DNA of 64,000 nucleotides from Eledone cirrhosa (Eukaryota). The position numbers and the translations under genes were made by a program. Below are positions 38,101-52,100 of this stretch, piece by piece (positions within the stretch are counted from its first letter, which is position 1; each line of letters starts with the position of its first letter). The notes beneath the pieces were generated by a model, which saw only the letters and a list, made by a program, of their open reading frames with translations, searched no databases and had not been told where the DNA came from. The stretch spans positions 16,058,001 through 16,122,000 of the forward strand of contig OZ024744.1 of the NCBI GenBank assembly GCA_964016885.1, written 5' to 3'.

Positions 38101-40779
38101 GAGAATATGAAGTAAGTTGAAGAAGGAGAATCTGAAGGAAGTTGGAGGAGAATATGAAGGAAGTTGGAGAAGGAGAATATGAAGGAAGTTGAAGGAGGAG
38201 AATATAAACGAATTTGGAGAAGGAGAGTATGAAGGAAGTTGAAGGAGAAGAATATGAAGGAAGTTGAAGAAGGAGAATCTGAAGGAAGTTGGAGAAGGAG
38301 AGTCTGAAGGAAGTTGGAGAAGGAGAATATGAAGGAAGTTGGAGAAGGAGATTATGAAGGAAGTTGAAGGAGGAGAATATGAAGTAATTTGAAGAAGGAG
38401 AATCTGAAGGAAGTTGGAGGAGAGTATGAAGGAAGTTGGAGAAGGAGAATATGAAGGAAGTTGAAGGAGGAGAATATAAACGAATTTGGAGAAGGAGAGT
38501 ATGAAGGAAGTTGAGTGAGAAGAATATGAAGGAAGTTGAAGGAGAATCTGAAGGAAGTTGGAGAAGGTGAGTATGAAGGAAGTTAGAGAAGGAGAATATG
38601 AAGGAAATTGAAGGAGGAGAATATGGACGAAGTTGGAGAAGGAGAATATGAAGGAAGTTGAAGGAGGAGAATATTAAGGAAGTTGAAGAAGGAGAATCAG
38701 AAGGAAGTTGGAGAAGGAGAGTATGTAGGAAGTTGAAGAAGGAGAATCTGAAGGAAGTTGGAGGAGAGCATGAAGGAAGTTGGAGAAGGAGAGTATGAAG
38801 GAAGTTGAAGGAGGAGAATATGAACGAAGTTGGAGAAGGAGAATATGAAGGAAGTTGAAGTAGGAGAATATGAAGGAAGTTGAAGAAGGAGAATCAGAAG
38901 GAAGTTGGAGAAGGAGAGTATGAAGGAAGTTGAAGGAGGAGAATATGAAGGAAGTTGGAGAAGGAGAGTATGAAGGAAGTTGGAGAAGTAGAATATGAAG
39001 AAAGTTCGAGAAGGAGAGTATGAAGGAAGTTGAAGGAGAAGAATATGTAGGAAGTTGAAGAAGGAGAATCTGAAGCAAGTTGCAGAAGGAGAGTATGAAG
39101 GAAGTTGGAGAAGGAGAGTATGAAGGAAGTTGGAGAAGGAGAATATAAACGAATTTGGAGAAGGAGAGTATGAAGGAAGTTGGAGAATGAGAATCTGACG
39201 GAAGTTGGAGAAGGAGAGTATGAAGGAAGTTGAAGGAGGAGAATATGAAAGAATTTGGAGAACGAGAGTATGAAGGAAGTTGGAGAAGGAGAATATGAAG
39301 GAAGTTGGAGAAGGAGAGTATGAAGGAAATTGGAGAAAGAGAATATGAAGAAAGTTGAAGGAGGAGAGTATGAAGGAAGTTGGAGAAGGAGAATATGAAG
39401 GAAGTTGAAGAAGGAGAATCAGAAGGAAGTTGGAGAAGGAGAGCATGAAGGAGGTTGGAGGACGAGCGTATGAAGGAATTTGGAGGAGGAGAGTATGAAG
39501 GAAGTTGGAGAAGGAGAATCTGAAGAAGTTGGAGAAGGAGAGTATGAAGCAAGTTGAAGGAGAAGAATATGAAGGAAGTTGAAGAAAGAGAATCTGAAGG
39601 AAGTTGGAGAAGGAGAATATGAAGGAAGTTGAAGGAGGAGAATATGAAGGAAGTTGGAGAAGGAGAATCAGAAGGAAGTTGGAGAAGCACAGATTGAAGG
39701 AAGTTGGAGAAGGAGAATATAAAGGAAATTGAAGGAGGAGAATGTGGACGAAGTTGGAGAAGGAGAATATGAAGGAAGTTGAAGGAGGAGAATATTAAGG
39801 AAGTTGAAGAAGGAGAATCAGAAGGAAGTTGGAGAAGGAGAATATGAAGGAAGTTGAAGGAGGAGAATATAAACGAATTTGGAGAAGGAGAGTATGAAGG
39901 AAGTTGGAGAATGAGAATCTGAAGGAAGTTGGAGAAGGAGAGTATGAAGGAAGTTGGAGAAGGAGAATATAAACGAATTTGGAGAAGGAGAGTACGAAGG
40001 AAGTTGAAGGAGAAGAATATGAAGGAAGTTGAAGAAGGAGAATCTGAAGGAAGTTGGAGAAGGAGAGTATGAAGGAAGTTGAAGGAGGAGAATATGAACG
40101 AAGTTGGAGAAGAAGAATATGAAGGAAGTTGAAGAAGGAGAATCTGAAGGAAGTTGGAGGAGAGTATGAAGGAAGTTGGAGAAGGAGAGTATGAAGGAAG
40201 TTGAAGGAGGAGAATATGAACGAAGTTAGAGAAGGAGAATATGAAGGAAGTTGAAGAAGGAGAATCAGAAGGAAGTTGGAGAAGGAGAGTATGAAGGAAG
40301 TTGGAGAAGGAGAATATGAAGGAAGTTGAAGGAGGAGAATATGAAGGAAGTTGGAGAAGGAGAGTATGAAGGAAGTTGGAGAAGGAGGATATGAAGGAAG
40401 TCGGAGAAGGAGAGTATGAAGGAAGTTGGAGAAGGAGAATATGAAGAAAGTTGAAGGAGGAGTGTATGAAGGAAGTTGAAGGAGAAGAATATGAAGGAAG
40501 TTGAAGAAGGAGAATCTGAAGGAAGTTGGAGAAGGAGAATATAAAGGAAATTGAAGGATGAGAATGTGGACGAAGTTGGAGAAGGAGAATATGAAGGAAG
40601 TTGAAGGAGGAGAATATAAACGAATTTGGAGAAGGAGAGTATGAAGGAAGTCGGAGAATGAGAATCTGAAGGAAGTTGGAGAAGGAGAGTATGAAGGAAG
40701 TTTGAGAAGGAGAATCTGAAGGATGTTGGAGAAGGAGAGTACGAAGGAAGTTGAAGGAGAAGAATATGAAGAAAGTTGA

Positions 40780-42540
40780 AGAAGGAGAATCTGAAGGAAG
40801 TTGGAGAAGGAGAGTATGAAGGAAGTTGGAGAAGGAGAATATGAAGGAAATTGAAGGAGGAGAATATGAACGAAGTTGGAGAAGTAGAATATGAAGGAAG
40901 TTGAAGAAGGAGAATTTGAAGGAAGTTGGAGGAGAGTATGAAGGAAGTTGGAGAAGGAGAGTATGAAGGAAGTTGAAGGAGGAGAATATGAACGAAGTTG
41001 GAGAAGGAGAATATGAAGGAAGTTGAAGGAGGAGAATATGAAGGAAGTTGGAGAAGGAGAGTATGAAGGAAGTTGGAGAAGGAGAATATGAAGGAAGTTG
41101 GAGAAGGAGAGTATGAAGGAAGTTGGAGAAGGAGAATATGAAGAAAGTTGAAGGAGGAGAGTATGAAGGAAGTTGGAGAAGGAGAGTATGAAGGAGGTTG
41201 GAGGAGGAGCGTATGAAGGAAGTTGGAGGAGGAGAGTATGAAGGATGTTGGAGAAGGAGAGTATGAAGGAAGTTGGAGAAGGAGAATCTGAAGGAAGTTG
41301 GAGAAGGAGAGTATGAAGGAAGTTGAAGGAGAAGAATATGAAGGAAGTTGAAGAAAGAGAATCTGAAGGAAGTTGGAGAAGCACAGAATGAAGGAAGTTG
41401 AAGAAGAATATGAAGGAAGTTGGAAAAGGAGAATCAGAAGGAAGTTGGAGAAGCACAGAATGAAGGAAGTTGAAGAAGGAGAATCTGAAAGAAGTTGGAG
41501 AAGGAGAGTATGAAGGAAGTTGAAGAAGGAGAATCTGAAGCAAGTTGGAGAAGGAGAGTATGAAGGAAGTTGGAGAAGGAGAGTATGAAGGAAGTTGGAG
41601 AAGGAGAGTATGAAGGAAGTTGAAGGAGGAGAATATGAAGTAAGGTGAAGAAGGAGAATCTGAAGGAAGTTGGAGAAGGAGAGTATGAAGGAAGTTGGAG
41701 AAGGAGAATATGAAGGAAATTGAAGGAGGAGAATATGAACGAAGTTGGAGAAGTAGAATATGAAGGAAGTTGAAGAAGGAGAATTTGAAGGAAGTTGGAG
41801 GAGAGTATGAAGGAAGTTGGAGAAGGAGAGTATGAAGGAAGTTGAAGGAGGAGAATATGAACGAAGTTGGAGAAGGAGAATATGAAGGAAGTTGAAGGAG
41901 GAGAATATGAAGGAAGTTGGAGAAGGAGAGTATGAAGGAAGTTGGAGAAGGAGAATATGAAGGAAGTTGGAGAAGGAGAGTATGAAGGAAGTTGGAGAAG
42001 GAGAATATGAAGAAAGTTGAAGGAGGAGAGTATGAAGGAAGTTGGAGAAGGAGAGTATGAAGGAGGTTGGAGGAGGAGCGTATGAAGGAAGTTGGAGGAG
42101 GAGAGTATGAAGGATGTTGGAGAAGGAGAGTATGAAGGAAGTTGGAGAAGGAGAATCTGAAGGAAGTTGGAGAAGGAGAGTATGAAGGAAGTTGAAGGAG
42201 AAGAATATGAAGGAAGTTGAAGAAAGAGAATCTGAAGGAAGTTGGAGAAGCACAGAATGAAGGAAGTTGAAGAAGAATATGAAGGAAGTTGGAAAAGGAG
42301 AATCAGAAGGAAGTTGGAGAAGCACAGAATGAAGGAAGTTGAAGAAGGAGAATCTGAAAGAAGTTGGAGAAGGAGAGTATGAAGGAAGTTGAAGAAGGAG
42401 ATTCTGAAGGAAGTTGGAGAAGGAGAGTATGAAGGAAGTTGGAGAAGGAGAGTATGAAGGAAGTTGGAGAAGGAGAGTATGAAGGAAGTTGAAGGAGGAG
42501 AATATGAAGTAAGGTGAAGAAGGAGAATCTGAAGGAAGTT
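40780..42540. repeat. Nested 869-bp tandem duplication inside the 13.3-kb unit (second occurrence ~54095-55855)
   Basis: GCACAG at 41381/42250, TAAGGTGAAG at 41641/42510 and CTGAAGG at 40791/41660; all offsets are 869. Confidence 0.9.
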
Positions 42541-45500
42541 GGAGGAGAATATGAAGGAAGTTGGAGAAGGAGAATATGAAGGAAGTTGAAGGAGGAGAAT
42601 ATAAACGAATTTGGAGAAGGAGAGTATGAAGGAAGTTGGAGAATGAGAATCTGAAGGAAGTTGGAGAAGGAGAGTATGAAGGAAGTTTGAGAAGGAGAAT
42701 CTGAAGGAAGTTGGAGAAGGAGAGTACGAAGGAAGTTGAAGGAGAAGAATATGAAGGAAGTTGAAGAAGGAGAATCTGAAGGAAGTTGGAGAAGGAGAGT
42801 ATGAAGGAAGTTGGAAAGGAGAATATGAAGGAAATTGAAGGAGGAGAATGTGGACGAAGTTGGAGAAGGAGAATATGAAGGAAGTTGAAGGAGGAGAATA
42901 TAAAGGAAGTTGAAGAAGGAGAATCAGAAGGAAGTTGGAGAAGGAGAGTATGAAGGAAGTTGAAGGAGGAGAATATGAACGAAGTTGGAGAAGGAGAATA
43001 TGAACGAAGTTGAAGTAGGAGAATATGAAGGAAGTTGAAGAAGGAGAATCAGAAGGAAGTTGGAGAAGGAGAGTATGAAGGAAGTTGAAAAAGGAGAATC
43101 TGAAAGAAATTGGAGAAGGAGAGTATGAAGGAAGTTGGAGAAGGAGAATATGAAGAAAGTTGGAGAAGGAGAGTATGAAGGAAGTTGAAGGAGAATAATA
43201 TGAAGGAAGTTGAAGAAGGAGAATCTGAAGGAAGTTGGAGAAGGAGAGTATGAAGGAAATTGGAGAAGGAGAGTATGAAGGAAGTTGGAGAAGGAGAGTA
43301 TGAAGGAAGTTGAAGAAGGAGAATCTGAAGGAAGTTGGAGGAGAGTATGAAGGAAGTTGGAGAAGGAGAATATAAAGGAAGTTGAAGGAGGAGAATATAA
43401 ACGAATTTGGAGAAGGAGAGTATGAAGGAAGTTGGAGAATGAGAATCTGAAGGAAGTTGGAGAAGGAGAGTAGGAAGGAAATTTGAGAAGGAGAATCAGA
43501 AGAAAGTTGGAGAAGGAGAGTACGAAGGAAGTTGAAGGAGAAGAATATGAAGGAAGTTGAAGAAGGAGAATCTGAAGGAAGTTGGAGATGGAGAGTATGA
43601 AGGAAGTTGGAGAAGGAGAATATGAAGGAAATAGAAGGAGGAGAATATGAACGAAGTTGGAGAAGGAGAATATGAAGGAAGTTGAAGAAGGAGAATCAGA
43701 AGGAAGTTGGAGAAGGAGAGTATGAAGGAAGTTGGAGAAGGAGAATATGAAGGAAGTTGAAGGAGGAGAATATGAAGGAAGTTGGAGAAGGAGAGTATGA
43801 AGGAAGTTGGAGAAGGAGAATATGAAGGAAGTTGGAGAAGGAGAGTATGAAGGAAGTTGGAGAAGGAGAATATGAAGGAAGTTCAAGAAGGAGAATCTGA
43901 AGGAAGTTGGGGAAGGAGAGTATGAAGGAAGTTGAAGGAGAAGAATATGAAGGAAGTTGAAGAAAGAAAATCTGAAGGAATTTGGAGAAGGAGAGTATGA
44001 AGGAAGTTGAAGAAGGAGAATCTGAAGGAAGTTGGAGAAGGAGAGTATGAAGGAAGTTGGTGGAGGAAAATATGAAGGAAGTTGAAGGAGGAGAATATGA
44101 AGGAAGTTGGAGAAGGAGAATATGAAGTAAGTTGAAGGAGGAGAATATGAAGGAAGTTGAACAAGGAGTATCAGAAGGAAGTTGGAGAAGCACAGAATGA
44201 AGGAAGTTGAAGAAGGAGAATCTGAAAGAAGTTGGAGAAGAAGAGTATGAAGGAAGTTGAAAAAGGAGAATCTGAAGGAAGTTGGACAAGGAGAGCATGA
44301 AGGAAGTTGAAGGAGAAGAATATGAAGGAAGTTGAAGAAGGAGAATCTGAAGGAAGTTGGAGAAGGAGAGTCTGAAGGAAGTTGGAGAAGGAGAATATGA
44401 AGGAAGTTGGAGAAGGAGATTATGAAGGAAGTTGAAGGAGGAGAATATGAAGTAAGTTGAAGAAGGAGAATCTGAAGGAAGTTGGAGGAGAGTATGAAGG
44501 AAGTTGGAGAAAGAGAATATGAAGGAAGTTGAAGGAGGAGAATATAAACGAATTTGGAGAAGGAGAGTATAAAGGAAGTTGAAGGAGAAGAATATGAAGG
44601 AAGTTGAAGGAAAATCTGAAGGAAGTTGGAGAAGGAGAGTATGAAGGAAGTTGGAGAAGGAGAATATGAAGGAAATTGAAGGAGGAGAATATGAACGAAG
44701 TTGGAGAAGGAGAATATGAAGGAAGTTGAAGGAGGAGAATATGAAGGAAGTTGAAGAAGGAGTATCAGAAGGAAGTTGGAGAAGGAGAGTATGAAGGAAG
44801 TTGAAGAAGGAGAATCTGAAAAAAGTTGGAGAAGGAGAGTATGAAGGAAGTTGGAGAAGGAGAATATGAAGGAAGTTGGAGAAGGATAGTATGAAGGAAG
44901 TTGAAGGAGAAGAATATGAAGGAAGTTGAAGAAGGAGAATCTGAAGGAAGTTGGAGAAGGAGAGTATGAAGGAAGTTGAAGAAGGAGTATCTGAAGGAAG
45001 TTGGAGAAGGAGAGTATGAAGGAAGTTGGAGAAGTAGCGTATGAAGGAAGTTGGAGAAGGAGAATATGAAGGAAGTTGGGGAAGAAGGTATGAAGGAAGT
45101 TGGAGAAGGAGAGTATGAAGAAAGTTGAATATGGAGAATATGAAGGAAGTTGGAGAAGGAGAGTATGAAGGAAGTGGAGAAGGAGAATATGAAGGAAGTT
45201 GGGGAAGAAGGTATGAAGGAAGTTGGAGAAGGAGAGTATGAAGGAAGTTGGGGAAGAAGGTATGAAGGAAGTTGGAGAAGGAGAGTATGAAGGAAGTTGG
45301 AGAAGGAGAGTATGAAGGAAGTTGGAGAAGGAGAGTATGAAGGAAGTTGAAGAAGGAGAATATGAAGGAAGTTGGAGAAGAAGAGTATGAAGGAAGTTGA
45401 AGGAGGAGAATATGAAGGAAGTTGAAGGAGGAGAATATGAACGAATTTGGAGAAGAAGAGTATGAAGGAAGTTGGAGAATGAGAATCTGAAGGAAGTTGG

Positions 45501-45759
45501 AGAAGGAGAGTATGAAGGAAGTTGGAGAAGGAGAATCTGAAGGAAGTTGGAGAAGGAGAGTATGAAGGAAGTTGGGGGAGGAGAATATGAAGGAAGTTGA
45601 AGGAGGAGAATTTGAACGAAGTTGAAGAAGGAGAATATGAAGGAAGTTGAAGGGGGAGAATATGAAGGAAGTTGAAGAAGGAGAATCAGAAGGAAGTTGG
45701 AGAAGGAGAGAATGAAGGAAGTTGAAGAAGGAGAATCTGACAGAAGTTGGAGAAGGAGA

Positions 45760-46110
45760 GTATGAAGGAAGTTGAAGGAGAAGTATATGAAGGAAGTTGA
45801 AGAAGTAGAATCTGAAGGAAGTTGGAGAAAGAGAGTATGAAGGAAGTTGAAGAAGGAGAATCTGAAGGAAGTTGGAAAAGGAGAGTATGAAGGAAGTTGG
45901 AGAGGGAGAATATGAAGGAAGTTGGAGAAGGAGAGTATGAAGGAAGTTGAAGGAGAAGTATATGAAGGAAGTTGAAGAAGTAGAATCTGAAGGAAGTTGG
46001 AGAAAGAGAGTATGAAGGAAGTTGAAGAAGGAGAATCTGAAGGAAGTTGGAAAAGGAGAGTATGAAGGAAGTTGGAGAAGGAGAATATGAAGGAAGTTGG
46101 AGAAGGAGAG
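45760..46110. repeat. 175-bp (7-monomer) tandem duplication (again at ~59075-59425)
   Basis: AAGTATAT at 45781 and 45956, each followed by the same AGTAGAATCT, GAGAAAGAGAG and GGAAAAGG variants. Confidence 0.85.
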
Positions 46111-49100
46111 TATGAAGGAAGTTGGAGAAGGAGCGTATGAAGGAAGTTGGAGAAGGGGAGTATGAAGGAAGTTGAAGGAAGAAAATATGAAGGGAGTTGG
46201 AGGAGGAGAATATGAAGGAATTTGGAGAAGGAAAATATGAAGGATGTTAGAGAAGGATAATATGAAAGAAGTTGGAGAAGGAGAGTATGAAGAAAGTTGA
46301 ATAAGGAGAATATGAAGGAAGTTGGAGAAGGAGAGTATGAAGGAAGTTGGAGAAGGAGAATATGAAGGAAGTTGGAGAAGGAGAGTATGAAGGAAGTTTG
46401 AGAAGGAGAATCTGAAGGAAGTTGGAGAAGGAGAGTACGAAGGAAGTTGAAGTAGAAGAATATGAAGGAAGTTGAAGAAGGAGAATCTGAAGGAAGTTGG
46501 AGAAGGAGAGTATGAAGGAAGTTGGAAAGGAGAATATGAAGGAAATTGAAGGCGGAGAATGTGGACGAAGTTGGAGAAGGAGAATATGAAGGAAGTTGAA
46601 GGAGGAGAATATTAAGGAAGTTGAAGAAGGAGAATCAGAAGGAAGTTGGAGAAGGAGAGTATGAAGGAAGTTGAAGGAGGAGAATATGAACGAAGTTGGA
46701 GAAGGAGAATATGAACGAAGTTGAAGTAGGAGAATATGAAGGAAGTTGAAGAAGGAGAATCAGAAGGAAGTTGGAGAAGGAGAGTATGAAGGAAGTTGAA
46801 AAAGGAGAATCTGAAAGAAATTGGAGAAGGAGAGTATGAAGGAAGTTGGAGAAGGAGAATATGAAGGAAGTTGAAGGAGGAGAATATGAAGGAAGTTGGA
46901 GAAGGAGAGTATGAAGGAAGTTGGAGAAGGAGAATATGAAGGAAGTTGGAGAAGGAGAGTATGAAGGAAGTTGGAGAAGGAGAATATGAAGAAAGTTGGA
47001 GAAGGAGAGTATGAAGGAAGTTGAAGGAGAATAATATGAAGGAAGTTGAAGAAGGAGAATCTGAAGGAAGTTGGAGAAGGAGAGTATGAAGGAAATTGGA
47101 GAAGGAGAGTATGAAGGAAGTTGGAGAAGGAGAGTATGAAGGAAGTTGAAGAAGGAGAATCTGAAGGAAGTTGGAGGAGAGTATGAAGGAAGTTGGAGAA
47201 GGAGAATATAAAGGAAGTTGAAGGAGGAGAATATAAACGAATTTGGAGAAGGAGAGTATGAAGGAAGTTGGAGAATGAGAATCTGAAGGAAGTTGGAGAA
47301 GGAGAGTAGGAAGGAAATTTGAGAAGGAGAATCAGAAGAAAGTTGGAGAAGGAGAGTATGAAGGAAGTTGAAGAAGGAGAATCTGAAAGAAGTTGGAGAA
47401 GGAGAGTATGAAGGAATTTGGAGATGGAGAATCTGAAGGAAGTTGGAGAAAGAGAGTATGAAGGAATTTGAAGGAGAAGAATATGAAGGAAGTTGAAGAA
47501 GGAGAATCTGAAGGAAGTTGGAGAAGGAGAGCATGAATGAAGTTGAAGAAGGAGAATCTGAAGGAAGTTGGAGGAGAGTATGAAGGAAGTTGGAGAAAGA
47601 GAGTATGAAGGAAGTTGAAGGAGGAGTATATGAACGAAGTTGGAGATGGAGAATATGAAGAAAGTTGAAGTAGGAGAATATGGAGTAAGTTGAAGAAGGA
47701 TAATCAGAAGGAAGTTGGAGAAGGAGAATATGAAGGAAGTTGAAGGAGCAGAATATGAAGGAGGTTGGAGAAGGAGAGTATGAAGGAAGTTGGAGAAGGA
47801 GAATATGAAGGAATTTGGAGAAGGAGAGTATGAAGGAAGTTGGAGAAGGAGAATATGAAGGAAGTTGAAGGAGGAGAATATTAAAGAAGTTGGAAAAGGA
47901 AAGTATGAAGGAAGTTGGAGAAAGAGAATCTGAAGGAAGTTGGAGAAGGAGAGTATGAAGGAAGTTGGAGAAGGAGACTATGAAGGAAGTTGGAGAAGGA
48001 AAGTATGAAGGAAGTTGGAGAAGGAGAGTATGAAGGAAGTTGGAGAAGGAGATTATGAAGGAAGTTGGAGAAGGCGAGTATGAAGGAAGGTGGAGAAGGA
48101 GCGTATGATGGAAGTTGGAGAAGGAGATTATGAAGGAAGTTGAATAAGGAGAATATGAAGGAAGTTGGAGAAGGAGAGTATGAAGGAAGTTGGAGAAGGA
48201 GAGTATGAAGGGGGTTGGAGGAGGAGAATATGAAGGAAGTTGGAGAAGGAGAGTATGAAGGAAGTTGGAGAAGTAGAATATGAAGGAAGTTGGGGAAGAA
48301 GGTATAAAGGAAGTTGGAGAAGGAGAGTCTGAAGGAAGTTGGAGATGGAGAGTATGAAGGAAGTTGAAGAAGGAGAGTATGAAGGAAGTTGGAGAAGTAG
48401 AGTATGAAGGAAGTTGGAGATGGAGAGTATGAAGGAAGTTGAATAAGGAGAATATGAAGGAAGTTGAAGAAGGAGAATATGAAGGAAGTTGGAGAAGGAG
48501 AGTATGAAGGAAGTTGAAGAAAGAAAATATGAAGGAAGTTGGAGAAGGAGAGTATGAAGGAAGTTGGAGAAGGAGACTATGAAGGAAGTTGGAGAAGGAA
48601 AGTATGAAGGAAGTTGGAGAAGGAGAGTATGAAGGAAGTTGGAGAAGGAGATTATGAAGGAAGTTGAAGAAGTAGAATATGAAGGAAGTTGCAGAAGGAT
48701 AATATGAAGGAAGTTGGAGAAGGAGAGTATGAAGGAAGTTGGAGAAGGCGAGTATGAAGGAAATTGGAGAAGGAGTGTATGAAGGAGGTTGGAGGAGGAG
48801 AGTATGAAGGAAGTTGGAGAAGGAGAATATGAAGGAAATTGGAGAAGGAGCGTATGAAGGAAGTTGGAGAAAAAGAATATGAAGGAAGTTGTAGAAGAAG
48901 GTATGAAGGAAGTTGGAGAAGGAGAGTATGAAGAAAGTTGGAGAAGGAGAGTATGAAGGAAGTTGAAGGAAGAAAATATGAAGGAAGTTGGAGGAGGAGA
49001 ATATGAAGGAAGTTGGAGAAGGAGAATATGAAGGAAGTTGGAGAAGGAAAATATGAAGGATGTTGGAGAAGGATAATATGAAAGAAGTTGGAGAAGGAGA

Positions 49101-52100
49101 GTATGAAGGAAGTTGGAGAAGGAGAGTATGAAGGAAGTTGGAGAAGGAGATTATGAAGGAAGTTGGAGAAGGAGAGTATGAAGGAAGTTGAAGGAAGAAA
49201 ATATGAAGGAAGTTGGAGGAGGAGAATATGAAAGGAATTTGGAGAAGGAAAATATGAAGGATGTTGGAGAAGGATAATATGAAAGAAGTTGGAGAAGGAG
49301 AGTATGAAGGAAGTTGTAGAAGGAGCGTATGAAGGAAGTTAGAGAAGGAGATTATGAAGGAAGTTGGAGAAGGAGAGTATGAAGGAAGTTGCAGAAGGAG
49401 CGTATGAAGGAATTTGGAGAAGGAGAGTATGAAGGAAGTTGAAGGAAGAGAATATGAAGGAAGTTGGAGGAGGAGAATATGAAGGAATTTGGAGAAGGAG
49501 AATATGAAGGAAGTTGGGGAAAAAGGTATGAAGGAAGTTGGAGAAGGAGAGTACGAAGGAAGTTGAAGGAGAAGAATATGAAGGAAGTTGAAGAAGGAGA
49601 ATCTGAAGGAAGTTGGAGAAGGAGAGTATGAAGGAAGTTGGAAAGGAGAATATGAAGGAAATTGAAGGAGGAGAATGTGGACGAAGTTGGAGAAGGAGAA
49701 TATGAAGGAAGTTGAAGGAGGAGAATATTAAGGAAGTTGAAGAAGGAGAATCAGAAGGAAGTTGGAGAAGGAGAGTATGAAGGAAGTTGAAGGAGGAGAA
49801 TATGAACGAAGTTGGAGAAGGAGAATATGAACGAAGTTGAAGTAGGAGAATATGAAGGAAGTTGAAGAAGGAGAATCAGAAGGAAGTTGGAGAAGGAGAG
49901 TATGAAGGAAGTTGAAAAAGGAGAATCTGAAAGAAATTGGAGAAGGAGAGTATGAAGGAAGTTGGAGAAGGAGAATATGAAGGAAGTTGAAGGAGGAGAA
50001 TATGAAGGAAGTTGGAGAAGGAGAGTATGAAGGAAGTTGGAGAAGGAGAATATGAAGGAAGTTGGAGAAGGAGAGTATGAAGGAAGTTGGAGAAGGAGAA
50101 TATGAAGAAAGTTGGAGAAGGAGTGTATAAAGGAAGTTGAAGGAGAATAATATGAAGGAAGTTGAAGAAGGAGAATCTGAAGGAAGTTGGAGAAGGAGAG
50201 TATGAAGGAAATTGGAGAAGGAGAGTATGAAGGAAGTTGGAGAAGGAGAGTATGAAGGAAGTTGAAGAAGGAGAATCTGAAGGAAGTTGGAGGAGAGTAT
50301 GAAGGAAGTTGGAGAAGGAGAATATAAAGGAAGTTGAAGGAGGAGAATATAAACGAATTTGGAGAAGGAGAGTATGAAGGAAGTTGGAGAATGAGAATCT
50401 GAAGGAAGTTGGAGAAAGAGAATATGAAGGAAATTTGAGAAGGAGAATCAGAAGAAAGTTGGAGAAGGAGAGTACGAAGGAAGTTGAAGGAGAAGAATAT
50501 GAAGGAAGTTGAAGAAGGAGAATCTGAAGGAAGTTGGAGATGGAGAGTATGAAGGAAGTTGGAGAAGGAGAATATGAAGGAAATAGAAGGAGGAGAATAT
50601 GAACGAAGTTGGAGAAGGAGAATATGAAGGAAGTTGAAGAAGGAGAATCAGAAGGAAGTTGGAGAAGGAGAGTATGAAGGAAGTTGGAGAAGGAGAATAT
50701 GAAGGAAGTTGAAGGAGGAGAATATGAAGGAAGTTGGAGAAGGAGAGTATGAAGGAAGTTGGAGAAGGAGAGTATGAAGGAAGTTGAAGGAGAAGAATAT
50801 GAAGGAAGTTGAAGAAAGAGAATCTGAAGGGAGTTGGAGAAGGAGAGTATGAAGGAAGTTGAAGAAGGAGAGTATGAAGGAAGTTGGAGAAGGAGAGTAT
50901 GAAGGAAGTTGAAGGAGGAGAATATGAAGTAAGTTGAAGAAGGAGAATCTGAAGGAAGTTGGAGGAGAATATGAAGGAAGTTGGAGAAGGAGAATATGAA
51001 GGAAGTTGAAGGAGGAGAATATAAACGAATTTGGAGAAGGAGAGTATGAAGGAAGTTGGAGAATGAGAATCTGAAGGAAGTTGGAGTAGGAGAGTATGAA
51101 GGAAGATTGAGAAGGAGAATCTGAAGGAAGTTGGAGAAGGAGAATCAGAAGGAAGTTGGAGAAGCACAGAATGAAGGAAGTTGAAGAAGGAGAATCTGAA
51201 AGAAGTTGGAGAAGGAGAGTATGAAGGAAGTTGAAGAAGGAGAATCTGAAGGAAGTTGGAGAAGGAGAGTATGAAGGAAGTTGAAGGAGAAGAATATGAA
51301 GGAAGTTGAAGAAGGAGAATCTGAAGGAAGTTGGAAAAGGAGAGTATGAAGGAAGTTGGAGAAGGAGAGTATGAAGGAAGTTGGAGAAGGAGAGTATGAA
51401 GGAAGTTGAAGGAGGAGAATATGAAGTAAGTTGAAGAAGGAGAATCTGAAGGAAGTTGGAGGAGAATAGGAAGGAAGTTGGAGAAGGAGAATATGAAGGA
51501 AGTTGAAGGAGGAGAATATAAACGAATTTGGAGAAGGAGAGTATGAAGGAAGTTGAAGGAGAAGAATATGAAGGAAGTTGAAGAAGGAGAATCTGAAGGA
51601 AGTTGGAGAAGGAGAGTCTGAAGGAAGTTGGAGAAGGAGAATATGAAGGAAGTTGGAGAAGGAGATTATGAAGGAAGTTGAAGGAGGAGAATATGAAGTA
51701 ATTTGAAGAAGGAGAATCTGAAGGAAGTTGGAGGAGAGTATGAAGGAAGTTGGAGAAGGAGAATATGAAGGAAGTTGAAGGAGGAGAATATAAACGAATT
51801 TGGAGAAGGAGAGTATGAAGGAAGTTGAGTGAGAAGAATATGAAGGAAGTTGAAGGAGAATCTGAAGGAAGTTGGAGAAGGTGAGTATGAAGGAAGTTAG
51901 AGAAGGAGAATATGAAGGAAATTGAAGGAGGAGAATATGGACGAAGTTGGAGAAGGAGAATATGAAGGAAGTTGAAGGAGGAGAATATTAAGGAAGTTGA
52001 AGAAGGAGAATCAGAAGGAAGTTGGAGAAGGAGAGTATGTAGGAAGTTGAAGAAGGAGAATCTGAAGGAAGTTGGAGGAGAGCATGAAGGAAGTTGGAGA

